NCBI GenBank assembly: GCA_046760665.1
Contig: JBHIEO010000001.1
Coordinates: forward strand, 1-29,263
Source: Candidatus Bathyarchaeia archaeon
GTDB taxonomy: Archaea > Thermoproteota > Bathyarchaeia > Bathyarchaeales > SOJC01
Reading direction: 5' to 3'
Length of the DNA stretch: 29,263 bases
Under the pieces are notes generated by a model. The model was not told the origin of the DNA, did no database searches, and saw only the letters and a program-made list of their open reading frames with translations. Below, piece after piece: positions 17,877 through 26,014 of this stretch (positions are counted from its first letter, which is position 1; every line of letters starts with the position of its first letter). A program made the translations under genes and the position numbers.

Positions 17877-19426
17877 GCGAAAATGGAAAAGTACAGAAAG
17901 CAATCTCCCTTTCACTCACAGCAGGTTACCACCTCGACAAAGAAGCCTTCAATCTTCTCACTATTATATCAAAAACAGAGGACCCAGTGAAACTCATAAA
18001 AGCAACTCTAAAAAAACTAGAAACACGCATAGAAAGACCCCTCTTCATAAGCAAGAGCTTTCTTGAAGAAACAGCCAAAGAAACTCTCCTTGAAACCGAA
18101 GAAACAAAACCGGTTACAGCCCTCGTACGGGAGCCTTGTATAGCAACAGAGAAAGTTAAAAGGCCTTTCTTTCCCCACGCGAAAAACATTAAAAAAGACA
18201 TAAAAATATTAGAAGATCCAACCGACAAAATCTGCTCATCAGGTTCAGTTGATGAATATTTAGAATATTTTCATGATCGGTTTAAGCGGGTTAGAAAACT
18301 GCTGCGACAACGAATCGATTCTAGGAATGCTGCTTCAATAAAAGAGGCATTCCGAGCAACTTCTCGTTCAAGACTCAAGATAATTTGCATAGTTACTGAG
18401 AAACGTGAATCGAAATATGGAACTTTTTTAAGAATTGAGGACTTGGAATCTAGCGCTACGGTGCTCGTTCCTCGAAATACTTCTCGTGAACTATTAGAGA
18501 AAATGAAGTCGCTACTACTTGATCAAGTTGTATGCCTTAGTCTATTAAAAAGCAGAAGAAATCTGCTAATTGTTGAAGACCTCTTCTTTCCAGATGTCCC
18601 CCAAAAAAAGCCTCATAGAGCCAAAGAACCAGTCTATGCGGCACTCATATCTGACCTTCATGTTGGAAGTAAAGAATTTATGCAAGAAAAATTCAATCAT
18701 TTCGTTTTGTGGCTTAACGGAAAATATGGGAAGGAGAACTTAAAGCAAATTGCTAGTCTTGTTAAATATGTTATTATCGCAGGCGACATCGTAGACGGGA
18801 TAGGTATTTACCCAAACCAAATAGAGGAACTGGCGATACAAGATGTCTTCAAACAATATAAGTTCGCAGCCAATTTCATCGAACAAATTCCAGACTATAT
18901 AGAGTTGATAATAATTCCAGGAAATCACGATGCTTCAAGAAAGGCACTGCCACAACCTGCCCTTTTAAAGGAATATGCAGAACCCCTTTACGAAACACGA
19001 AACATTTTATCTCTAGGTAATCCAACAACTGTAAGCCTTCACGGTATAGAATTCCTCATATATCACGGGCGAAGCTTGGATGATGTTCTTGCAACAGCAG
19101 CTGATATGGATTTTCACTCGCCGGAAAGAGCTATGCGTTTGTTGCTTAGAGGTAGACACTTGGCACCTATATATGGCCAACGTACTTCCATTGCACCTGA
19201 GAAGCGAGATTTCCTTGTAATAGAGCGTGTTCCAGATGTTTTTCATGCAGGTCACGTACATGTGATGAAGTATGAACATTACAGAGGAACTCTCATGGTT
19301 AATTCTGGTGCTTGGCAAAAACAAACTAGTTATCAGAGAAATTTGGGTCTAAAACCTACACCAGGTATTATTCCGGTTGTAAATCTTCAGACACTTGCCG
19401 TTTTACCAATAGACTTTAATGCCTAG
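17873..19426 (+). CDS. polB: DNA polymerase D small (proofreading) subunit DP1
   Basis: OB fold followed by calcineurin-like phosphoesterase motifs ISDLHVGS, AGDIVDG, PGNHD, YHGRS, HAGHVH, NSGAWQ. Confidence 0.96.
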   Translation: MSENGKVQKAISLSLTAGYHLDKEAFNLLTIISKTEDPVKLIKATLKKLETRIERPLFISKSFLEETAKETLLETEETKPVTALVREPCIATEKVKRPFFPHAKNIKKDIKILEDPTDKICSSGSVDEYLEYFHDRFKRVRKLLRQRIDSRNAASIKEAFRATSRSRLKIICIVTEKRESKYGTFLRIEDLESSATVLVPRNTSRELLEKMKSLLLDQVVCLSLLKSRRNLLIVEDLFFPDVPQKKPHRAKEPVYAALISDLHVGSKEFMQEKFNHFVLWLNGKYGKENLKQIASLVKYVIIAGDIVDGIGIYPNQIEELAIQDVFKQYKFAANFIEQIPDYIELIIIPGNHDASRKALPQPALLKEYAEPLYETRNILSLGNPTTVSLHGIEFLIYHGRSLDDVLATAADMDFHSPERAMRLLLRGRHLAPIYGQRTSIAPEKRDFLVIERVPDVFHAGHVHVMKYEHYRGTLMVNSGAWQKQTSYQRNLGLKPTPGIIPVVNLQTLAVLPIDFNA

Positions 19427-20672
19427 ATTTATCAAGTTTTGTTTTCAAACAGTTAGGTGTAAAACTAGACAACTCGCCCAAGTGTGGGTCATTCGAATAC
19501 ACTTCTTTAAAAGGACTTCGTGGTATTGCAAGACTAATTTTCTTTGTACGCCCGTAGCGGCCTCTACTTACAACTCTTGAATTTAACAATCCAATTGCAT
19601 CAAGCTCACTTATAAGCCCACTTACCCGCCTTTGTGTCAACGGTGAGATTCCAACCTGTTTACATATTTCGGTATAAACCTCAAAAATGTCGCCAGTAAT
19701 AGCGGAGTAGATGTTGGCTTTTCCGAGAAGATATACGCTATAAAGAACAATTTTTGAGTGTAATGTTAAATTCGTTAAGGCTTCAATTATTCTATCGTGC
19801 TCAATGCGTCTTGCAGCTTCTCTAACACAATCTTCAGTGACTAATTGTGCGTTGTCCCTCTCAGCTACCTCACCTGCTACACGCAGTAAGTCGAGTGCCC
19901 GTCTCGCGTCTCCATGTTCTGCAGCAGCTAAGGCTGCACATAAGCTAACAGCCCCATCAAGCAACACCCCTTTGTAAAAGGCCAACTCTGCTCGTTCCCA
20001 CAAAATGTCTTGAAGTTCAGAGGCATTATAAGGTCTAAACATCACCTCCTCTTCACTTAAAGAGCTTAAAACACGAGGCTCTAAAAGTTCTTTGAAACGC
20101 ATATCGTTCGAAATTCCCACAATAGAAACTTTACCTTTATTAATATACTCATTTACTCTTGTCAGTTCGTATAAAAGCACGTCACCTCTAGTCTTAATCA
20201 ACTCATCTAATTCATCTAACACAACAATAAGTGATAACTTTCGCGTATCCAAGCCTTTTTTAAAACGATCAAAAACCTCCCCAACCGCAAGTCCAGTAAA
20301 TGGTACGTAAATGTCCAAGGTGTTACATAAGCTTGTAAAAACCCTGTATTCTGTTCCTGCTAAGCGACAATTGACGTATGCTACTTTGACTGGTGCACCA
20401 AATTCAGTCGCCTTTTGTGCTAAGCGATTTAATACATACTTCATGACAGCAGTTTTTCCAGTGCCTGTTTTTCCATATATAAAGATATTTGAACATCTTT
20501 CTGTTTTCAAAAGTGGGGCAACGATCATACCTAAATGTTTTATTTGTTCTTCACGGTGGGGTAACTTTTCTGGAACATAGTCATGGCGAAGTACATCTCG
20601 GTCTTTAAAGAAACGGGTGCTACTTAAGAAACGATTAAAGACAACATCGAGCATATCTTCTCCTCTTTTCAT
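19416..20672 (-). CDS. cdc6: Orc1/Cdc6 replication initiator
   Basis: YVPEKLPHRE, Walker A GKTGTGKT, Walker B VLDELD, GISND, GDARRALDLLR, C-terminal wH GRYGRT. Start is ATG 20672 or 20654; the ORF-track start 20804 runs through an ORB and is over-extended. Confidence 0.97.
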   Translation of the reverse strand: MKRGEDMLDVVFNRFLSSTRFFKDRDVLRHDYVPEKLPHREEQIKHLGMIVAPLLKTERCSNIFIYGKTGTGKTAVMKYVLNRLAQKATEFGAPVKVAYVNCRLAGTEYRVFTSLCNTLDIYVPFTGLAVGEVFDRFKKGLDTRKLSLIVVLDELDELIKTRGDVLLYELTRVNEYINKGKVSIVGISNDMRFKELLEPRVLSSLSEEEVMFRPYNASELQDILWERAELAFYKGVLLDGAVSLCAALAAAEHGDARRALDLLRVAGEVAERDNAQLVTEDCVREAARRIEHDRIIEALTNLTLHSKIVLYSVYLLGKANIYSAITGDIFEVYTEICKQVGISPLTQRRVSGLISELDAIGLLNSRVVSRGRYGRTKKISLAIPRSPFKEVYSNDPHLGELSSFTPNCLKTKLDKSRH

Positions 20673-20707
20673 AATATGATCTTCTCCCTTCAGCAAATGC
20701 ACTTGTA

Positions 20708-20728
20708 AAGCCTTGGTTTCAACTGGAG
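20708..20728 (-). promoter_or_regulatory. ORB-like element 1 (degenerate G-string)
   Basis: CTCCAGTTGAAACCAAGGCTT on the minus strand, in the cdc6 leader/promoter region. Confidence 0.65.
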
Positions 20729-20859
20729 AAAATAAACACTTTCCTACAAAAAAATAAAGACTTACTATAGAACTTAAAAAGAAAAGTATAGGATTAAGGA
20801 ACATGTTTTGAGAATATAGAGGATAAATAGTTTAACTCATTTTCCTAAGTTGCACGCTC

Positions 20860-20880
20860 CCCCCTTGTTTTCCTTTAGAA
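20860..20880 (-). promoter_or_regulatory. ORB element 2
   Basis: TTCTAAAGGAAAACAAGGGGG on the minus strand. Confidence 0.8.
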
Positions 20881-20920
20881 ACTCTTTTTTAAAAAATAGG
20901 AATAGGGGATTTCTGTTAAA

Positions 20921-21005
20921 AGAAATATACTCTAAAATTTAATTAAAAAAACTAATTATATTTTTAATGCTTTAATTATTTTTAGCAAAAACACTATTTT
21001 ATTTT
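20921..21005. other. AT-rich tract, candidate DNA-unwinding element
   Basis: About 10 G+C in 85 nt by hand count. Confidence 0.7.
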
Positions 21006-21056
21006 CCGCAACCTGCTTTTGCAATATAGATTAGTAATACTGATTCGTTTATAGGT

Positions 21057-21077
21057 TTGCAGTGGAAATGTAGGGGT
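21057..21077 (+). promoter_or_regulatory. ORB element 3
   Basis: TTGCAGTGGAAATGTAGGGGT. Confidence 0.88.
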
Positions 21078-21201
21078 TGGTGCAGATGTACGTCGCCGAC
21101 AGTTTGTGAAGCATGTGTAAAATTTAACTTATTTTGAAACTTCTAGCTAGATATTTCACTTCTTTTTATATCTTTTCTGCTTATTTAGCTGTGAAGAAGA
21201 G

Positions 21202-21222
21202 ACCCCTTCATTTCCTTTGGAA
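21202..21222 (-). promoter_or_regulatory. ORB element 4
   Basis: TTCCAAAGGAAATGAAGGGGT on the minus strand; its G-string faces that of ORB3. Confidence 0.88.
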
Positions 21223-21416
21223 AATTAAAGAATATTATCGGTTTTTTCCAGTTTTTGGGAAAAGTTTGCATGTGAAGACTGTTAACCCATAATAATTGCA
21301 AAAGAGCCTTCTTATTCCTGTACATCGCCATTTTCTGCTTCCTTTTTTATGCGGTTTTTTCGTAACACCTATAACTTGTGAAATGTAAAGTGTTAAGGCT
21401 TGTTATGGTGTGTGTA

Positions 21417-21836
21417 ATGCCCGCTAGGAAAATGCGCGTAGAAGTCTTTGATGAAAATGGGAATCGTTACACTATAACTTTTGAGGGCAAAGTTACTAGG
21501 AAAAAGGCTTTGTGTCTTCTTGATATTGTTGAGTTGCTAGGTGGCGTAAATGACACACAAGAACTAAAGTATGAAATGAGTAATATTTCAAAATTTGACA
21601 AGACCAAACTGGTGGTTAAAAAACATTTTCCTTTTATGTGGTTTTCTTCTAAAGAGGTTCTTTACATGTATGAACAAGAACTAAATGAACCTATATCCCT
21701 TAGCACAATTTCAACATATTTGGCGAGAATGGTTGACCGTGGATTTCTCATAAGAAAAGGCCCAGTCTATGACAGGAAATATCGGATGATGACAGAACTG
21801 ACGCAAAAAGCTATGAAGATTACAGAAAATAGATAA
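21417..21836 (+). CDS. Origin-adjacent hypothetical protein with C-terminal winged helix
   Basis: N-terminal beta-rich MRVEVFDENGNRYTITFEG; C-terminal WFSSKEV...EPISLSTISTYLARMVDRGFLIRKG...RKYRM wHTH pattern. Start reassigned to ATG 21417. Confidence 0.75.
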   Translation: MPARKMRVEVFDENGNRYTITFEGKVTRKKALCLLDIVELLGGVNDTQELKYEMSNISKFDKTKLVVKKHFPFMWFSSKEVLYMYEQELNEPISLSTISTYLARMVDRGFLIRKGPVYDRKYRMMTELTQKAMKITENR

Positions 21837-21909
21837 GCAAAACTGTTGTAAAAAGATTTACTGTACATTCACACTATTTTGAATTTTGAAGATTTCAGGA
21901 GTATACCTA

Positions 21910-22896
21910 ATGGATAAAGAACTCCAAGCTTACTTCAACGAGATGAAGAAGATATTAAAGAATTACGTTGAAAAGGGCCAAGTGGTAAGTTTAAGGGATG
22001 TAAAGGATGAGCCTTCAATATCTGTTAAGCCAACACTAGCTAAGATTGCCCCACTAAAAAAAATGAAAACTTGCGACGTACATTTCTTTGCGGTAGATTG
22101 TTCAACACGAACATTAAAAAGGGCAAATAATTGGGGTATATACCTTCTTCGAGCTTCATATGCTACTGTAAAGAAAAGGAGTGTCGATTGGGGGTTTAAA
22201 GAGGCAATTCGAACGATTAAAGGGGATCCACATGTACGCCGCAAAATTTTGCAGGAAATTAGGCTTCAATTAGAGAGCGAGATGGCTTTAGGCTTACTTC
22301 AGAAAGCCGATGAAAACGACTATATTCTTTTGGATGGTGCTAGCTACTTTGGTGGTGAGAGAAAATTTAATGTCATGCTTTATGAGAAATGCGAGAGAAA
22401 AGGAATAAAACTCCTTGCTATAAGCAAGCGTTCTCCCATTCTTCGTGACGAAAAAGGTCGTGACCTTATTGCTGCGACGTACATGCTTGCCCCTCAAGGG
22501 CGTTGGGTATATTATCCGGTTAAGAAAGCTAATATTCACGAGCATCTTTATGGCGACGTATCTATTATTAAACTGTGTGAGGACAGTCCACGTGCTTTTA
22601 GATGTGATATAATGAGTTATTTAACCAGCAGCAATATATCATCATTACTTTCACCGCTTTCAACAATCTCAGAAGATCCTCGATGCTTAGGGTACCCAGT
22701 GGTGCTGTGGTTGGCCCATGATTTTTCAGGTGTTTCCGAGACCAAACTTCTTCGATATCATGTCCAAGTTGAAGAGGAGTTGGCAAGTGCCGGCCTTCTT
22801 GATGTACTTCGTCAAGAAGAAATTGCTTGCAATTTTGCGGATGTGCTTCATGGAGCGAAGTATGCCTTCAATTGGGAGTGGATTGAAAGTGTCTAA
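21910..22896 (+). CDS. nurA: NurA-family nuclease (divergent)
   Basis: FAVDCS, ILLDGA, AISKRS, LGYPVVLWLAH motifs; ATG 21910 follows AGGAG; overlaps the herA start. Confidence 0.85.
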   Translation: MDKELQAYFNEMKKILKNYVEKGQVVSLRDVKDEPSISVKPTLAKIAPLKKMKTCDVHFFAVDCSTRTLKRANNWGIYLLRASYATVKKRSVDWGFKEAIRTIKGDPHVRRKILQEIRLQLESEMALGLLQKADENDYILLDGASYFGGERKFNVMLYEKCERKGIKLLAISKRSPILRDEKGRDLIAATYMLAPQGRWVYYPVKKANIHEHLYGDVSIIKLCEDSPRAFRCDIMSYLTSSNISSLLSPLSTISEDPRCLGYPVVLWLAHDFSGVSETKLLRYHVQVEEELASAGLLDVLRQEEIACNFADVLHGAKYAFNWEWIESV

Positions 22897-24430
22897 CCAT
22901 TTGGGCTCAATATGTGAAGTAAAAGGTGACAAAATATCCTTTTTTCTAAATAAAAATACAAACTTGTCTTTTGGACAAATAGTTCGTATAGATTCGGGTA
23001 ATAGCAGTTTTTATGCCCGAGTTGTGAATGCTCAAAGCAGATCTACCCTTGACACAGGGGAGCAACTTCGTGAAGCGGAAGGAAAAGAAACTTTTGGCCC
23101 CTACTCCTGTTACAAAAACATTGAGGCAATTCTTTTTCTTGAGAGGAAAGCTGGAAAAACTCGATCCCCCACTTTTAACCCTAACTATATGGATAAGGTA
23201 TACCCAACAAGTGCAGAAGACTCCAATGTGTTGAAACTTGCAGGAGAGCTAGTGATAGGGCGTCTGCGATCTGGAGAGCAAACCCTCGGCAAGGTGGGCA
23301 TAAACGTTGATGCTATACCCCGAATGATGGGCATGTTTGGCATGACAGGGTCTGGAAAAACCAACACTGAACTAATAATAAACGCACAGCTAATTGACCA
23401 CAGCCCAAAAACTGTGGGCCTGATCTTTGATTTTGCCGGGCAATTACTTGAAGGAAAGGAAATTGGAGGAAAAGGATTGCGAAACCACCCTCGGTTTCAC
23501 AGTCGAGTCAGTTTCTATACTACGAAGGAGAATAAAATGCGCATTGGCCTGCATACACTTTTCCCTTGGAAACTACTCACTCTTTTCCCTGAAATTGGTT
23601 ATCCGCAATATCGACTTGCTAAAGAGTTACACAAAAAACTAGGGAATAAATGGATAGAAAAGGCCCGTGAAAGGTATGTAGTGAAAGGCTACAAGGGGAT
23701 TGCTGAGATAGCAGGATATAGCAATAAGGTGGTCATAGAGGCATTAATGAGTAAACTGTTAAACCTTGACTCGAGTCTTTTTCCACCTTCTAGCTACAGC
23801 TTCATAGACAGTGTCATTCAGAACGTAACCGAGGGCATTACTTGCTTGGTGGACATTTCAGGAATAAGTTCTGAGGAGCAACACAGAATTGTGTGTCTAA
23901 CTGCTACGGGAGTAGCGAACCACTATAAACGGATGTGGGAAGAACACTACGAAGAATGGCAAAGGTTTCCCACACTACTCATAACTCTCGAAGAAGCTCA
24001 TGAATTCCTTGACCCGAACAAGCCGAAAACAATTTTTTCCGCTATCGCCTTAACATACCGAAAATATCGTGTAGGATTGAACGCTGTGACGCCACGACCT
24101 TCTCGCATTAACTCTGACGTGTTTGCAGAACTCTGGACGAAGGTAATCATGAAAACTGAATTGAAGACCGACAGAGAATACCTCACTAAAAACACGCCAT
24201 ATCTTGAATACAGCGACACAGAAGTAAAGATGCTTGACATAGGAGAAGCATTGCTAATATCTGAACCGAAGATTCGGTTTGCAGTCCCAGTGAAAGTAAT
24301 GCATTATCCTGAATACTTAGAGGCCCAAGGGAAAGTAGACTATGACCTGCCAGCCTCTAAGACCCTTGACACACTAGACAAAAATCTGAAACGGCTACGT
24401 AACGCAGGTGAAAAGCTCAGCCTCAGCTAG
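22889..24430 (+). CDS. herA: HerA/FtsK-family ATPase (HAS barrel plus DUF87-like), divergent
   Basis: N-terminal HAS-like LGSICEV...FGQIVRI, Walker A GMTGSGKT, Walker B LITLEEAHEFL, RKYRVGL. Start reassigned to GTG 22889 (or TTG 22883) after GGGAGTGG. Confidence 0.88.
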   Translation: MSNHLGSICEVKGDKISFFLNKNTNLSFGQIVRIDSGNSSFYARVVNAQSRSTLDTGEQLREAEGKETFGPYSCYKNIEAILFLERKAGKTRSPTFNPNYMDKVYPTSAEDSNVLKLAGELVIGRLRSGEQTLGKVGINVDAIPRMMGMFGMTGSGKTNTELIINAQLIDHSPKTVGLIFDFAGQLLEGKEIGGKGLRNHPRFHSRVSFYTTKENKMRIGLHTLFPWKLLTLFPEIGYPQYRLAKELHKKLGNKWIEKARERYVVKGYKGIAEIAGYSNKVVIEALMSKLLNLDSSLFPPSSYSFIDSVIQNVTEGITCLVDISGISSEEQHRIVCLTATGVANHYKRMWEEHYEEWQRFPTLLITLEEAHEFLDPNKPKTIFSAIALTYRKYRVGLNAVTPRPSRINSDVFAELWTKVIMKTELKTDREYLTKNTPYLEYSDTEVKMLDIGEALLISEPKIRFAVPVKVMHYPEYLEAQGKVDYDLPASKTLDTLDKNLKRLRNAGEKLSLS

Positions 24431-25125
24431 CTTTTTTGCTCTGGTTTTTTCAAAATTTTCTGCATCTCTTCTTTCAAACGGTAAGTGAAAGGAATTTTGT
24501 TTGCATTGCGTTCTAAGTAGCCCTCTTCATAAAGCTTTTTCATTAGGCGAGCGGTGTGTTCCCTGCTAAGTTTTATTCGCTCCTTTATTTCAGGCGCCGT
24601 TTTTTCACCTTCCACAGCAAGGAATTCAAGAACAGTAAGCTCAGTTGCAGTTAATGGTGCTAACGCTTTTTCTCGTTTTATCGGAATTGCGGACTTAATT
24701 TTTACTTCAGACTCTGGGCCAGGCCGTTGCTTTTTGAGTTCAGTAATCTTTTGCAACAAAGAATCTTTCATCGACACAACCTCGCTGAGTTTATTCTCCA
24801 GCGCATCAATTCTGGCTAGCGCTTTTTCCAAGGCGGGGAAGGATTCAATTCTTTTTGCAAGTGCCTGAACCTCTCTCTCTTGCATCTCCAGTTTTTCAGC
24901 CAATAATTCGTCGCGGTTGTAAAGAACATCAATCTTGCTAGCTGAGGTTTCAAGCTGAGATTCTTGTCTTTGAAGTTGTCTGTTAAAACTTACAACAATA
25001 TCGTCCACTACACCCTTTGCCTCTACATATCTTTCACAAGCTTCACGTATTCGCTTATTATATAAAATTGCAACAACCAACGTGAAGACTGACAAACCGC
25101 TTACAACAACAAGAGTTTCAAACAT
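24427..25125 (-). CDS. Membrane-anchored coiled-coil protein with C-terminal winged helix (MarR/TrmB-like wHTH)
   Basis: Hydrophobic residues 4-22 (TLVVVSGLSVFTLVVAILY), heptad-rich region about 45-133, then LTATELTVLEFL...TAPEIKERIKLSREHTARLMKKLYEEGYLER...PFTYRL; SD GAGGCG. Confidence 0.82.
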   Translation of the reverse strand: MFETLVVVSGLSVFTLVVAILYNKRIREACERYVEAKGVVDDIVVSFNRQLQRQESQLETSASKIDVLYNRDELLAEKLEMQEREVQALAKRIESFPALEKALARIDALENKLSEVVSMKDSLLQKITELKKQRPGPESEVKIKSAIPIKREKALAPLTATELTVLEFLAVEGEKTAPEIKERIKLSREHTARLMKKLYEEGYLERNANKIPFTYRLKEEMQKILKKPEQKS

Positions 25126-25138
25126 TAGTATCGCCTCG

Positions 25139-25257
25139 TGTGATTTCTCCGTGATTTACTGTGACCTACATGACGTCACAATCGATATCACAATATTGAA
25201 CAAGATGACTTAAAGTTTGTGGCGAAGGTCGCGATTATTGTGACGTCACAAATCACG
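25139..25257. repeat. TGTGA-N2-TCACA palindrome cluster 1
   Basis: Perfect TTGTGACGTCACAA at 25238-25251; degenerate copies TGTGACCTACAT 25160, CATGACGTCACA 25169 and ATCGATATCACA 25181; half-sites at 25139, 25150 and 25252. Confidence 0.85.
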
Positions 25258-25399
25258 TCGCTGAAAACTTAGAAGCAACACTTAGCGAGAAATTGCTAGA
25301 AATCAGGGCCTTTTTAGAGGTCTATTTCATGATAGAGGGTTATTTTTGAGCGGAAATTAGTGCCGCTTAATTCTTGAGGTTTAATGAGGGCTTGAGCCA

Positions 25400-25418
25400 T
25401 GTGATGTGTGATATCACG
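25400..25418. repeat. TGTGA-N2-TCACA palindrome cluster 2
   Basis: TGTGATG followed by TGTGATATCACG (25407-25418; perfect core GTGATATCAC). Confidence 0.75.
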
Positions 25419-25896
25419 AATTAGATGAGGGCCATGTTTTTGATAGTTGATTAAGCATTGTTTCAAGTTCTTCGCGCAACATGTTTATGACTTTTTTTTG
25501 TTCTTCTGCTCTCTCGTGGTTATATACGAGATCTCTATACGCTGTTGTATATGCTTTTAGTTTATTTGCAATTTCTAGGTAAGGAGTTAAGCTTGTATCT
25601 TCGAGGATGCCGAGGTAGCCGAGAAGAAGAATTGTATATATTGATTGTATGATGTTTCTTTTAGCTTGTCTTAATGTCCTGTTGAAGGAACCGCGGCTTA
25701 TCGCTGCCTTTGTTAGCCTTAATTTGGCTTTTTCTTCGTATTTTAGCGATTTTGAGGCTAAATTTTCAGCTAAAACGTCTATAAGGAGTGTTTCAAGCTG
25801 TATTCTAGTTAAATTGCTATTTTTTGCAAGTATTTTTACAAGGGAATCTTCTAGTGAGCGTTTTATCCAATTTCGAACATTTTTTTTGAAGGACAA
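25414..25896 (-). CDS. Hypothetical protein with HTH-like region (Tfx/sigma70-r4-like) and helical C-terminus
   Basis: NSNLTRIQLETLL...YEEKAKLR...ISRGSFNRTLRQAKRNI resembles the Tfx-type LTxxQ...HTH; TTG start after GGTGG. Family assigned by eye. Confidence 0.65.
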   Translation of the reverse strand: MSFKKNVRNWIKRSLEDSLVKILAKNSNLTRIQLETLLIDVLAENLASKSLKYEEKAKLRLTKAAISRGSFNRTLRQAKRNIIQSIYTILLLGYLGILEDTSLTPYLEIANKLKAYTTAYRDLVYNHERAEEQKKVINMLREELETMLNQLSKTWPSSNS

Positions 25897-26014
25897 GATT
25901 CCACCAGACGTTCCATGTTTATTGGATACAGTTTTGTATACAAGTTGAATATAGTTTTTCTGTTGCAGAGTTGGATTTTGCCATATCTTTTAAATTTGTA
26001 AAGGTAAACGTTTT

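Larger units (their letters stand above)
20708..21222. promoter_or_regulatory. Chromosomal replication origin (oriC) with four ORB-like elements
   Basis: Non-coding region directly upstream of cdc6 with ORB-like 21-mers at 20708-20728(-), 20860-20880(-), 21057-21077(+) and 21202-21222(-), plus an AT-rich tract. Confidence 0.9.

Noticed and set aside
11474-20672. Inteins in DP2 or Cdc6
   Set aside because: Lengths are normal, and there are no intein splice-junction or homing-endonuclease motifs.
21246-21262. TTCCAGTTTTTGGGAA as a fifth ORB
   Set aside because: Matches only the first 7 nt of the ORB and has no GGAAA core or G-string.
21910-24430. nurA-herA as a horizontally acquired defence island
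   Set aside because: There is no integrase, transposase, att site or accessory defence gene, and the pair is embedded in core replication genes. A defence role is not excluded but is unsupported.
6439-24430. Overlapping convergent gene ends (6439-6442, 11160-11163, 19416-19426, 24427-24430)
   Set aside because: Common in compact archaeal genomes and not evidence of function on its own.
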